Shown in pieces: positions 22,613 to 31,152 of a stretch of DNA of 64,000 nucleotides. The first letter of the stretch is position 1. Each line of letters opens with the position of its first letter. Both the position numbers and the translations under genes were made by a program. The notes beneath the pieces are model-generated. The model saw only the letters and a program-made list of their open reading frames with translations. It was not told the DNA's origin and did not search any database. The DNA comes from Pseudomonadota bacterium. GTDB lineage: Bacteria > Pseudomonadota > Gammaproteobacteria > SURF-13. The stretch spans positions 871 through 64,870 of the forward strand of contig JBGFRC010000019.1 of the NCBI GenBank assembly GCA_041695325.1, read 5' to 3'.

Positions 22613-24403
22613 TTACGGATAAGCCTCGCGCCAATCCACCGGGACAAGGGGACCGGGGGTCATGGCCCAATACAAAATTTGCCTGCGCATTCCATCGGCC
22701 GTCGTCCAATTCAGGGTAAAGCCGTCGGCGGCAAAGGCGCTGAGATCGGCCCTGGCGTTCACTGTGCTCGGGCCTCGGGCCAGAGTCAGGACGTCGCTAC
22801 TCGAGGTGTACATATTGGCATCAGTGACACTCCCAGAGGGTCGTTCCTGGAACCAAACGCCACCCCGGCTCGCAGCAGAGCGCGCGGCTCCAAGAGAAAT
22901 TGCCCCACCCGAAGAAATAGCCGTGGTCGCAGCCCGATTAAAACTGGTCAGCAGCACCTGCGCGGGCTGGAATCCAACCCCGGTAACAGTTTGAGCACCG
23001 GCAGCAGTTGGCTGATTAAATGCTCCTACCTGATGGCCGCCCCCTTTCAGTGCGAGGTAAAAAATCTCTGTATTAGCAGCCGGTGGATCCAATTTATTAA
23101 TCGTGTAGCCATCGGCATCCATAGACACGAAGTCCGCGATGGCATCCTGCGTACGGGGATCCTCGGGATCCAAGAGCAGAATGGCTCGATTGATTCTCTG
23201 TTGCCAGCGCTGCCTATTCCTAAAGCCGCCATGATTGACGGCGGATACGACAGCGGCACGCGCTGTGGCGCTCTTGGCAAGGCCGAGTCCGATCTCGGCA
23301 CGTACTTCCGAGGTATCAATGTCTCCTCTGTGCCCCCACAGAAACATGATGAAATCCGGCCTGAAACCCACTCCCGTCACGCCTTGATTCCCCCCGGCGG
23401 TGGTCAAGGTAAAGCTGCCTGCCTTGGCATGGGTAATACCGCCCCCCAACGCGATGTAATGCACCAGGTAGGGGTTGGGATCGCTCACAACATTCCAATT
23501 CAGTGTGAAGCCATCGGTATCGAATGACGCCAACGAGGCCTGCGCCAGCACTGCCGGAGCAGCCGCTCCTACATTATTAGCCAGAAAAATGATTGAATTG
23601 GAGACTGAACGTCTGCGCCCGGATCTAGACACGCTGGTATCATCCACATTGACCACTGCGGCGGCGCGCTGTTCCGCGGCAGCGGTCGCAAAACCCGCGC
23701 CAGCATTAAGATGCTGCGCAAAGCCTGTGGCCGCTTGCCGAGTCCAGAAAAAAATCACGGCTCGGGGAGTAAACCCAAGACCCGTGACAGACTGGCTGGT
23801 CGAACCCGCCGCCACCGGCTTGGTCAACGTGCCCTGAAAAACGCCCGCGGCTAACACTGCCCGCTCCACCACGCGGCGCGCTGTGCCCACCGTGCCGCTG
23901 GAGGTGACGAGGCATTGGTTTTGAGAGACCGCGGTGCCGCTGGAATGGCTGGCCGCCGTGGTGCCGGCCACGCCACGCTTGGCGCCGGTCAATTGGGTGG
24001 CCGTCTTGGCGACGTAGTTGATCGCCTCTCCGCCGATGGTGATGCGCCCGTGCGCGCCAAAACCGCTGGTGCTGGCCAGCGGTATCACGGTATCGGTGGC
24101 GGTGATGGCGCTGCTCAGGGTGGAGAGAGCGTTGTTGGCCGCCGCCGTGGTGGTGAAGCTGCCCACGCCCACGGTTTGGGTGGAGGAGAGCGAGGCACAG
24201 GAGACCCCACTCTTCAGTTGATAGGCCGCGTGCTCCAGACCGGACTCGGCCACAAACAACGCTTGGGCGGAGTGCAGGTGGTCGCCGCTGGCGGCGCTGC
24301 CGCCCACAAACAGATAAGTCGCCACCGACGCCAGCAGGCCGAAGACGGCAATCAGCACCACCGCAGCGATGAGCAGGGCACCGCGTTGTTGCCGCCATTT
24401 CAT
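22613..24403 (-). CDS. MshP/PilX-N-like pilus protein with large C-terminal triple-repeat region
   Basis: N-terminus MKWRQQRGALLIAAVVLIAVFGLLASV...AQALFVAESGLEHAAYQL resembles PilX_N/MshP. Three ~125-aa repeats, each with TG(L/V)GF.P....... and DG(F/Y)T(L/I)N. Last gene of the pilus locus. Confidence 0.8.
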   Translation of the reverse strand: MKWRQQRGALLIAAVVLIAVFGLLASVATYLFVGGSAASGDHLHSAQALFVAESGLEHAAYQLKSGVSCASLSSTQTVGVGSFTTTAAANNALSTLSSAITATDTVIPLASTSGFGAHGRITIGGEAINYVAKTATQLTGAKRGVAGTTAASHSSGTAVSQNQCLVTSSGTVGTARRVVERAVLAAGVFQGTLTKPVAAGSTSQSVTGLGFTPRAVIFFWTRQAATGFAQHLNAGAGFATAAAEQRAAAVVNVDDTSVSRSGRRRSVSNSIIFLANNVGAAAPAVLAQASLASFDTDGFTLNWNVVSDPNPYLVHYIALGGGITHAKAGSFTLTTAGGNQGVTGVGFRPDFIMFLWGHRGDIDTSEVRAEIGLGLAKSATARAAVVSAVNHGGFRNRQRWQQRINRAILLLDPEDPRTQDAIADFVSMDADGYTINKLDPPAANTEIFYLALKGGGHQVGAFNQPTAAGAQTVTGVGFQPAQVLLTSFNRAATTAISSGGAISLGAARSAASRGGVWFQERPSGSVTDANMYTSSSDVLTLARGPSTVNARADLSAFAADGFTLNWTTADGMRRQILYWAMTPGPLVPVDWREAYP

Positions 24404-24405
24404 GC

Positions 24406-24939
24406 TTAGGGGAAGTTCCTCGGATTGATGGTATCGCGGAAGGTCAGGTTATAGTCGCCCTGGGGCCCGCTTGCCTGCACCCTCGCGGTCACCTGAATGT
24501 AATAGGCCAGGGAGGCCTGGGGTGCAGTGGCGCCATTGCTTTGCAGCAAGGCGAACTCCAGCAAATTGACATTATCCGCCAGCGCGATGCCATTGCGCTG
24601 CAGGGTGGTTCCGGAGAGGGCATAGTTTACGCTGGTAATCGCATCCGTGGCCGGGTCGTAGGCGCTGAAATGGATGGCCATGCTGGGCGCAGCGCCGCTG
24701 ATGGCCACGCTAAGGTTGCGATGGGCGTCGCGCAGGTCGCGCGTCATGCGCTCGAAGGCGACGCGCGCCTGCCAGTCCTGTTCCGTGATATTCTCGCCAC
24801 CGAAATAGGCGCCGAAACCGCGCCCCAGGATCATGGCGCCGACGGAGAAAATGATGCTGACCACCACGATGACGACGATGACCTCCATCAGGCTGAAGCC
24901 GCTCCCGGGCTGCGCGGCAATTTTGGGAGCTGCCCGCAT
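24406..24939 (-). CDS. mshO: Type IV pilin-like protein, MshO-like
   Basis: Prepilin motif G|FSLMEVIVVIVVVSIIF. Position before the MshP-like gene. Confidence 0.7.
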   Translation of the reverse strand: MRAAPKIAAQPGSGFSLMEVIVVIVVVSIIFSVGAMILGRGFGAYFGGENITEQDWQARVAFERMTRDLRDAHRNLSVAISGAAPSMAIHFSAYDPATDAITSVNYALSGTTLQRNGIALADNVNLLEFALLQSNGATAPQASLAYYIQVTARVQASGPQGDYNLTFRDTINPRNFP

Positions 24940-24940
24940 G

Positions 24941-25345
24941 TCAGTAATTGGCCACCAGGGTTTTATATTGCGCGACCTGTGAGCCCTCGCGTGTCACGGT
25001 CACCACCAGTACCCGGTATCTGGCGGTGTCGGTGTCCACCGGCCATGGCTCCGAAGAAAACGCCGCGGTGTAACCCAGCATCTGGCTGCAGAACGCCGGC
25101 GGCGAAGCTACGCCGCACGGATCATAGATGCCGCTGTAACCCTGCGTCTGGCGCGTGGCGCGTATCAGTTCCATGCGCTCTTGCGCCAATTGCGTGGCTT
25201 GGGTCATCTGGCCGGGGGTAGGCGAGCCGCGTAGTGCGCTGGACAAACCCTGCATCACCCCCACCGCCGCGATGCTCACCACCACGATGAAGACGACGAG
25301 TTCAACCAGCGAGAGACCGCGCTGCCTGGCCGTTATAGTGTTCAT
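24941..25345 (-). CDS. Minor type IV pilin (MshD position)
   Basis: MNTITARQRG|LSLVELVVFIVVVSIAAVG prepilin cleavage/methylation motif. Confidence 0.75.
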   Translation of the reverse strand: MNTITARQRGLSLVELVVFIVVVSIAAVGVMQGLSSALRGSPTPGQMTQATQLAQERMELIRATRQTQGYSGIYDPCGVASPPAFCSQMLGYTAAFSSEPWPVDTDTARYRVLVVTVTREGSQVAQYKTLVANY

Positions 25346-25794
25346 GGCACAGTCACACGTCCGGTCTGTTGCGTAATGACCACGCTGCGGGTCTGGCCGC
25401 TGGCGGTATCGGTCAGGGTGATGGTGGCGTCCGCGCCTAGCGCGCCGCTGCTGGTGTAGGGCGCGCCTTTTCCATCGAAGGCGTAACTGCCGGCCGGCGC
25501 CGTCAGGGAAACACCTTCCAATACCATGGGTGCGGTACTGCCCGTGGCGGGATGCACCACGGCGCCGCTGGCGTTGGCGAAGCTGTAACTACTCGTCTGC
25601 AGATTGATAAAGTGGCGCGCGCCGCGCGTCATGGAAAGCGACTGGACGTAACGTATATCGCCCGCCAACTGTTGCGCCTGGGCGCCGAGATTGACGGCCC
25701 TGCCGGGAAACAGCGTAGTGGCCATCACCGCGATGAGGGAGATGAGCAGGATGGTGAGCACCAGCTCGATCAGGCTGTAACCCCGGCCGGCCAT
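25342..25794 (-). CDS. Minor type IV pilin, GspH/FimT-like (MshC position)
   Basis: MAGRG|YSLIELVLTILLISLIAV. ATG 25794 preferred, alternative GTG 25824. Confidence 0.75.
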   Translation of the reverse strand: MAGRGYSLIELVLTILLISLIAVMATTLFPGRAVNLGAQAQQLAGDIRYVQSLSMTRGARHFINLQTSSYSFANASGAVVHPATGSTAPMVLEGVSLTAPAGSYAFDGKGAPYTSSGALGADATITLTDTASGQTRSVVITQQTGRVTVP

Positions 25795-25849
25795 AACGCC
25801 CTGGTTTATTGTTTGTGAGCACACCTTACTCGCTTCCCGGACAGATGCC

Positions 25850-27823
25850 TCAGTTCAATTTCACACCTTTGCTGTTGTCTTTCGTGGCGGCGAGGCGCTC
25901 CTGTGAAACCTTGATCATGGCTTGCAGCTGGTCGGCGATCAGTTTGGCTTGCCGGGTGTCACCCGTCAACTCCACCACCTGGCGCGTAAGGTCGTAATAA
26001 GTAAAAAGCTCCGTGCTTTCCAGATACGTGTAAGGCATGCCCGCCTCCAGCATTTGTCTCGCCTCTTGCAGCCTGCCTTGAGGCAGCAGCAATGTGGCGT
26101 ACTGCGTGCGCGCCTGATAATAACGCGGATCCAGCGCGAGGGCGCGCCGGTATTGGGCTTCCGCCCCGGCGGCCCAGCCTGCGCCGCTCAAGGCGGGGTT
26201 GTACTGATAGAGCTGGCCGCGCGTCAGGCAGGTCTGGGGGCGCAGCGGATTCAGGCGCTCCGCCCTGGCGAGCAAATCTAGGGCGTAATCGTAGAGGATT
26301 TTTTTGTCCTGCTCCGTGGCAATCGTAGCCGCCTGGAGCAGGTGGCGCACCAGGTCGGCGTGAGTGGCGAGTACGCTGTCGGCCATGGGCGTGAGTCTGG
26401 CCGCTTTGGCAAGCAGACGGTAAGATAGCTCAAGCTGTCCCTTGCCCGCCTGTTCAATGGCGCTGCGGTAATAGAGGGCGGAGGCTCCCTGGGTGGCAAA
26501 GTAGATCAGCGGGAACAGAACGAGCAGAGCGGCCATCGTATGATACGCCGGCGGCCGCAGCCAGCGCGCGGGCTGTAAGCGGATGACGGGCGCGCCGTTG
26601 ACCTGTGCCGCGAGCTGATTAAAGCGCCCCAGCACCAGGCCCGCCACCAGCAGCGTGGGTGAAATATAGAGATTAAAGTTGAAAAAACTGTGCGCGGCGA
26701 TGGCGAGCAGGCCGGCGCACAAGCCTGTGGCCTCGACCTTCACCCCGCCCGGCGCGCCGCCGTGGCGCAACACCCGCACCCAAGCCCACAGCACGGAAAG
26801 GAGCACCGCAAGCAACAGCAACAAGCCCGGCCAGCCGGCCTCAATCCAGATTTGCAGGTAATCGTTGTGCGCGAAGTAACCGCTGCTGCCGTCGGCGGGG
26901 TGGCGGTAAGGCGGCCAGGCCAGCCAGAAGGTGCCGATGCCCATCCCGTACCACGGCGCATCCTGCAACATCCTCCAGGCCTGCGACCAGATTTGCAGCC
27001 GCCCCGGATCGGCGCTGGCCGGATGGGTCAGGGTGCCGAGCCGCTCCAGCACGCCGCCCTGCCAGAGCAGATTGGAAAACAGCAAGGCGAGGAGCGCGAG
27101 CAGCAACAGCACGCGGCTGCGTTGCACCGGAACGTAGCCGCGCACCACCCATAACAAAAGCAAAAAACTGATGAAGAAACTGGCAATCGCCCCGCGCCCC
27201 TTGGTGAGCATGATGGCGAAGAACAATGCAAACAACCCCGCGCCCAGGAGGCGCAAGGCCCGGCGCTGGCCGTCCGGTTGCAGGAGAAACCAGGCCGAGG
27301 CCGGGAGCGCGATGAGATTCAAAAACGCGGCGTGGGAGTTAATGTCGAGAAACACCGAGCGTGGGGCCTCCCCCCGCCCCAGCATCTGGTACGCCGCCCA
27401 GAGCGCGAGCGCCCATCCGGTCAGCGCTATCGCGGTGGAGCTCAGCTTCCACCAGCGCTGTTGATCAGAGGCCAGGGTGTAGAGCCAGAAGGCGAGCGCA
27501 AAGGTGCCGATGATCCAGAAATAGTTCAGCCCCACCATGGGAACGGGATGCCAGAGCAGCGACATGCCGAGCCACAGCCAGAACAGGCTGAGCCAGAGCG
27601 CGATGGCGGTGTTAGGGATGCGTATGCCCGCGCCGTGCCAACGCCAAGCGAGCAGGCCTAAGGCGGCAAACAGCAGGAGGGAGTAGAGGGCGAAAAACTC
27701 GATGCGGATGCCGTTGAACCACAGCGCGGGAACCAGCGCCGCTGACAATAGCAACGGGCCAAGATATGCTACCCTGCTTGCGCGCGGCGCGCAGGCAAGG
27801 CTCCTTTGACTAGCGCTGAACAT
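25850..27823 (-). CDS. O-antigen ligase-like (Wzy_C) polytopic membrane protein with C-terminal TPR domain; candidate pilin O-oligosaccharyltransferase
   Basis: More than 10 TM segments, Wzy_C motif YFAHNDYLQIWIEAGWPGLLLLL, C-terminal TPRs (AEAQYRRALALDPRYYQARTQYATLLL). Immediately downstream of the major pilin gene. Confidence 0.8.
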   Translation of the reverse strand: MFSASQRSLACAPRASRVAYLGPLLLSAALVPALWFNGIRIEFFALYSLLLFAALGLLAWRWHGAGIRIPNTAIALWLSLFWLWLGMSLLWHPVPMVGLNYFWIIGTFALAFWLYTLASDQQRWWKLSSTAIALTGWALALWAAYQMLGRGEAPRSVFLDINSHAAFLNLIALPASAWFLLQPDGQRRALRLLGAGLFALFFAIMLTKGRGAIASFFISFLLLLWVVRGYVPVQRSRVLLLLALLALLFSNLLWQGGVLERLGTLTHPASADPGRLQIWSQAWRMLQDAPWYGMGIGTFWLAWPPYRHPADGSSGYFAHNDYLQIWIEAGWPGLLLLLAVLLSVLWAWVRVLRHGGAPGGVKVEATGLCAGLLAIAAHSFFNFNLYISPTLLVAGLVLGRFNQLAAQVNGAPVIRLQPARWLRPPAYHTMAALLVLFPLIYFATQGASALYYRSAIEQAGKGQLELSYRLLAKAARLTPMADSVLATHADLVRHLLQAATIATEQDKKILYDYALDLLARAERLNPLRPQTCLTRGQLYQYNPALSGAGWAAGAEAQYRRALALDPRYYQARTQYATLLLPQGRLQEARQMLEAGMPYTYLESTELFTYYDLTRQVVELTGDTRQAKLIADQLQAMIKVSQERLAATKDNSKGVKLN

Positions 27824-27887
27824 GGAAACCGCTACACCCGGGCGGCGCCGGCCGCCCGGGTGTATTCAGGACCAGACTGAAACCGAC

Positions 27888-28325
27888 TTAACAGCCAGTG
27901 ATAGTCGGCGTGACGGTCGGTACACCGTTAACTGCAGCTTGAGTATAGGTTACCTGACAGGTCGCGCTGCCGCCGGTTGCGGGCCGGAATGTCGCGGTTC
28001 CCGCGCTATAAGAAGAAGTATAGCCCGACGTATCCGCAAGCGCTGTACCTATGCCTGCTACGGTCCCCGCGGGATAGAAATTCACCATGGTAACGTTGGC
28101 GCCTTCCATGCTGATGGTAGAATTAGCGCCCGCGCCGGTGGCCAGCGAGATGCTGCGCGCCAGCGCCCCCGCCGCCCTCAGACTGCCCGCCAAGGCGTTG
28201 ACGGCGGCCTCGCGCGCCTCGCCGGCCAAATTAACGAACCTCGGCACGGCAAAGGCCGCGAGGATGCCGAGGATGACGATGACCAGGACGAGTTCAATCA
28301 GGGTGAAACCACGTTGCTTGCTCAT
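27888..28325 (-). CDS. mshA: Major type IVa pilin (MshA-like)
   Basis: MSKQRG|FTLIELVLVIVILGILAAFAVPRF, Ser/Thr/Gly-rich globular part, two Cys near the C-terminus (TCQVTY...TITGC). ATG 28325 chosen; the track ORF has a spurious 58-aa upstream extension. Confidence 0.9.
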   Translation of the reverse strand: MSKQRGFTLIELVLVIVILGILAAFAVPRFVNLAGEAREAAVNALAGSLRAAGALARSISLATGAGANSTISMEGANVTMVNFYPAGTVAGIGTALADTSGYTSSYSAGTATFRPATGGSATCQVTYTQAAVNGVPTVTPTITGC

Positions 28326-28477
28326 GTTTGTTCTCCAATTTTTTTTAGGGGCCGCAGCCCGTTGTCTTGGTTCCGGCCAGCGCGTGTGCCGCAGCACAGT
28401 TCCTGGCGCAATCCCTTCGGAACAAGCTGAGCCTCGTTTCCTTACGACATCATTACAACCAAAGCTGGTTTTTATAA

Positions 28478-28492
28478 TGCAAAGGTTCCGCC
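28478..28492 (-). promoter_or_regulatory. Weak candidate sigma54 promoter upstream of the pilin gene (GGCGGAACCTTTGCA on the minus strand)
   Basis: GG-N10-GC spacing correct and TTGCA -12 box, about 150 nt upstream of the pilin ATG. The -24 half matches consensus poorly. Confidence 0.3.
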
Positions 28493-28507
28493 GCGTCAAG
28501 CACCCTT

Positions 28508-28555
28508 AAGTCCCTCTCCGCCCCCCTTTTTTTATCAAAAAGAGAGGGGGATCTT
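28508..28555. repeat. REP-like element type 1
   Basis: AAGTCCCTCTCCGCCCCCCTTTTTTTATCAAAAAGAGAGGGGGATCTT, between the unknown membrane protein gene and the pilin promoter region. Confidence 0.7.
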
Positions 28556-28570
28556 GACGCGCCGGGTACA

Positions 28571-29218
28571 CTATCCGTAGAGCACCGACAAAACACCCCA
28601 GCCGTGGGTGAACGCAATAAAGCCCAGGCTGGTCAGCGCATACAGGCTGCCTAGCACAATCAGGAGCGCGATGAAGCGTGGGTGACGCGCGGCCAGGCGG
28701 TCAGGGTGGTGGTGCACCCGGTCTAAAAGTTGCGCCAGCTTGTCGCCGCCGCTGTACCAGCGGTTGCTCCATGTTTCAAATGGGCGCAGCAGGCTGGGCC
28801 TGATGACCAGGCAAATACCGACGATCAGCGTCAGCACGCTGGTGAGCGCGATTATAAAAGCGGCCGAGTCCAGCAACCAACTGGCAAGCTGGGGGTTGTC
28901 ATCCTGCATCATGCGCAGGATGGCGGTCTTGTCGTAATTGAAGCCCAGTTGGTATAGCACATAGACCGCGCCCGCGATGAACAGCGCGCCGACCCAACGG
29001 TGGTTGTGGTATACGGTACGCTCGATGTAGCGCGTGGCGTCCATGGGCCGGGTAAGCGATTGCGTGGAAAACCATTTATTGAGCCGCTGACTGAGCGAGA
29101 ACAGCCGCTCAGGGTAAAGGTATAACCACACACCGACGATCAAACTCAGCGCCGCTCCGCCCAGCAGCAGGGCGAGCAGCGTCTCCAGCAGTGTCTCACT
29201 CAAGATGTGCCACTGCAT
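28571..29218 (-). CDS. Hypothetical 4-5 TM membrane protein embedded in the MSHA locus
   Basis: 215-aa ORF, hydrophobic segments LLALLLGGAALSLIVGVWLYL, WVGALFIAGAVYVLY, AAFIIALTSVLTLIVGICLVI, FIALLIVLGSLYALTSLGFIAF. I recognise no family motif. Confidence 0.6.
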   Translation of the reverse strand: MQWHILSETLLETLLALLLGGAALSLIVGVWLYLYPERLFSLSQRLNKWFSTQSLTRPMDATRYIERTVYHNHRWVGALFIAGAVYVLYQLGFNYDKTAILRMMQDDNPQLASWLLDSAAFIIALTSVLTLIVGICLVIRPSLLRPFETWSNRWYSGGDKLAQLLDRVHHHPDRLAARHPRFIALLIVLGSLYALTSLGFIAFTHGWGVLSVLYG

Positions 29219-29227
29219 AAGGCAACC

Positions 29228-29770
29228 TTAACTCAAACTCCAGGCGTAAGACTCCACGGCGTCGAGCCGCACGCCGCGTATCTGTTCCGTGTCTTTGTCG
29301 AACACGCGGTTGCCATTAAGGTCGTCGTAATCCAGACGCACCGCAAAGCGCGCGCGCGGCGGGCCGAGCAGGGTGGTTTTAAAATATTCGCCGTACTTGA
29401 CCCGGTAGACTAATGTACCATCGCGCGTGTCAAAGTACCACTCGCCGCCCTCGATGGCGGCCGGGTCGGGGCCGGAGAGCTCCCCCAGGTAGTTTTTCGG
29501 TTTTTTGCTGAGCCGGTCCATGGGGTTACTGCCCTCCAGCGCATACAGCCCCTTGACATCATCGCGGGCGACATGCGCCGCGACCTCGATGTTCAAGGCG
29601 CTTTGCAGCGCGCCCACCGCGTTTTCCAGGGCGGCGCGCTCGGCGTCCACACGTATTTCCAGCAATTTATCAATGCCGATGACATAGAGGATGCTGATCA
29701 GAATGACGACTATCACCATTTCAATCAGGGAAAAGCCGCGTGCTACCCTCTCCCCTGCCCTCTCCCGCAC
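29228..29770 (-). CDS. Prepilin-motif protein in the MshF position (start uncertain)
   Basis: ARG|FSLIEMVIVVILISILYVIG prepilin-type motif. GTG 29770 gives a 12-aa leader. The ORF stays open up to an ATG at 29917 that overlaps the mshG stop (TAATG). Confidence 0.65.
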   Translation of the reverse strand: MRERAGERVARGFSLIEMVIVVILISILYVIGIDKLLEIRVDAERAALENAVGALQSALNIEVAAHVARDDVKGLYALEGSNPMDRLSKKPKNYLGELSGPDPAAIEGGEWYFDTRDGTLVYRVKYGEYFKTTLLGPPRARFAVRLDYDDLNGNRVFDKDTEQIRGVRLDAVESYAWSLS

Positions 29771-29893
29771 GCGGGAGATGGGGCTAAATAATAAATTCCT
29801 CCTCTGCTTCGCTACACCCTTCACTTCGCTACACCCTTCGCTTCGCTCTTCCCTCTCCCCTCGGGGGAGAGGGATTGAGGGAGAGGGGAGAGG
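29746..29893. repeat. Repeat cluster: two GC-rich type-2 REP hairpins flanking a 17-bp tandem repeat
   Basis: CCCTCTCCCCTGCCCTCTCCCGCACGCGGGAGATGGGG (29746-29783). CTTCGCTACACCCTTC(A/G) x2 plus a partial unit (29807-29850). CCCTCTCCCCTCGGGGGAGAGGGATTGAGGGAGAGGGGAGAGG (29851-29893). Confidence 0.75.
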
Positions 29894-29916
29894 TGGTGTT
29901 GCGCGGGGCGGGTTCA

Positions 29917-31146
29917 TTACGCTCCGCCGCGCGCGGCCTTGGCCAGGTCCCACATGGGCAGGAACACGCCCAGCGCCAGAATCAGCACCATGGCGCCGAT
30001 GGCCACGATCAGCACCGGCTCCACGTTGGCGCTCAAGTTCTTGATGTCATAGTCCACTTCGCGCTCGTAGAATTCCGCCACTTGCTGCATCATGGCGTCC
30101 AGCGCGCCAGTCTCCTCGCCCACGCCCATCATCTGCAACACCATGGGGGTAAACATGCCGGAGAGCGCGGCAGTGCGCGCCACGCTCTCGCCGCGCTCGA
30201 TGCCGTTGCGCATGGCCAGGATGTGGTCGCCGATGTAGCGGTTGTCCACCGCGTTCGCCACCACCGTGAGCCCCTGCACCAGCGGCACACCGGCGCGCTG
30301 TGTCATGGCAAAGGAGCGCGCGAAGCGCGCCAGGGTGGCGCGGTTGAGGATGTCGCCGAGCAGGGGTATTCTCAGCTTGAAGCGGTCCCACGCATAACGC
30401 CCGTGATCGGTTTTGATCCAGGCGCGCAGTCCGATGATGCCGAGCAGCAATACGGCCAGCATATAGGGCCAATAGCCGACAAAGAAATTTGATGTCCCGA
30501 TCAGAATCTTGGTGGCCCACGGCAGTTCGGCCTTGAAGCCCGCGAAGATTTTGGCGAAGGCCGGGATCACCCAGATGTTGATGATAGTGATGGCCACGGC
30601 AATCGCAAACAGCACGATGACGGGATAACGCAGCGCGGATTTGATGCGGTCGCGCCTGTCCTTTTCCGTTTCCAGATATTTTGAAATTTGCAGAAAGGCC
30701 TGATCCAGGTTGCCGCTGTTCTCGCCCACCTGCACGATGCTCACGATCAGATTAGTAAAGATATGCGGGTGGCGGTTGAGAGAGCTGGAGAGATCTCGTC
30801 CGCTTTGCAGGCTGTCCGCCACGTCCTTCAGCGCCTGTTTCAAAATATGCTTGCGCGTGGACTCGGCGAGACCGGTCAGCGCCTGGGTGATGGGCACACC
30901 GGCCTTGGTGAGCGTATACATCTGGTGGCTGAACAGAATCAGGTCTGACAACTCCACCTTGACCTGGCCAAGGCGGCGCTTCAACATGATCAAGACGTCC
31001 GTCTCCGGCCGCGCCTCGACGATGTCTATCGGCGTGATGCCACTGTTGAACAATTGGCTGGCGACGGTGTCGGCGCTCACTCCGTCTATCGAGCCCTTGA
31101 CGAGCTCCCCGCGCAGGCTGCGGCCTTGATAGTTGAACAGCGGCAT
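29917..31146 (-). CDS. mshG: Type IV pilus platform protein (GspF family), MshG
   Basis: 409 aa with two GspF-type repeats and 3 TM segments; follows mshE. Confidence 0.9.
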   Translation of the reverse strand: MPLFNYQGRSLRGELVKGSIDGVSADTVASQLFNSGITPIDIVEARPETDVLIMLKRRLGQVKVELSDLILFSHQMYTLTKAGVPITQALTGLAESTRKHILKQALKDVADSLQSGRDLSSSLNRHPHIFTNLIVSIVQVGENSGNLDQAFLQISKYLETEKDRRDRIKSALRYPVIVLFAIAVAITIINIWVIPAFAKIFAGFKAELPWATKILIGTSNFFVGYWPYMLAVLLLGIIGLRAWIKTDHGRYAWDRFKLRIPLLGDILNRATLARFARSFAMTQRAGVPLVQGLTVVANAVDNRYIGDHILAMRNGIERGESVARTAALSGMFTPMVLQMMGVGEETGALDAMMQQVAEFYEREVDYDIKNLSANVEPVLIVAIGAMVLILALGVFLPMWDLAKAARGGA

Positions 31147-31152
31147 GACGGT

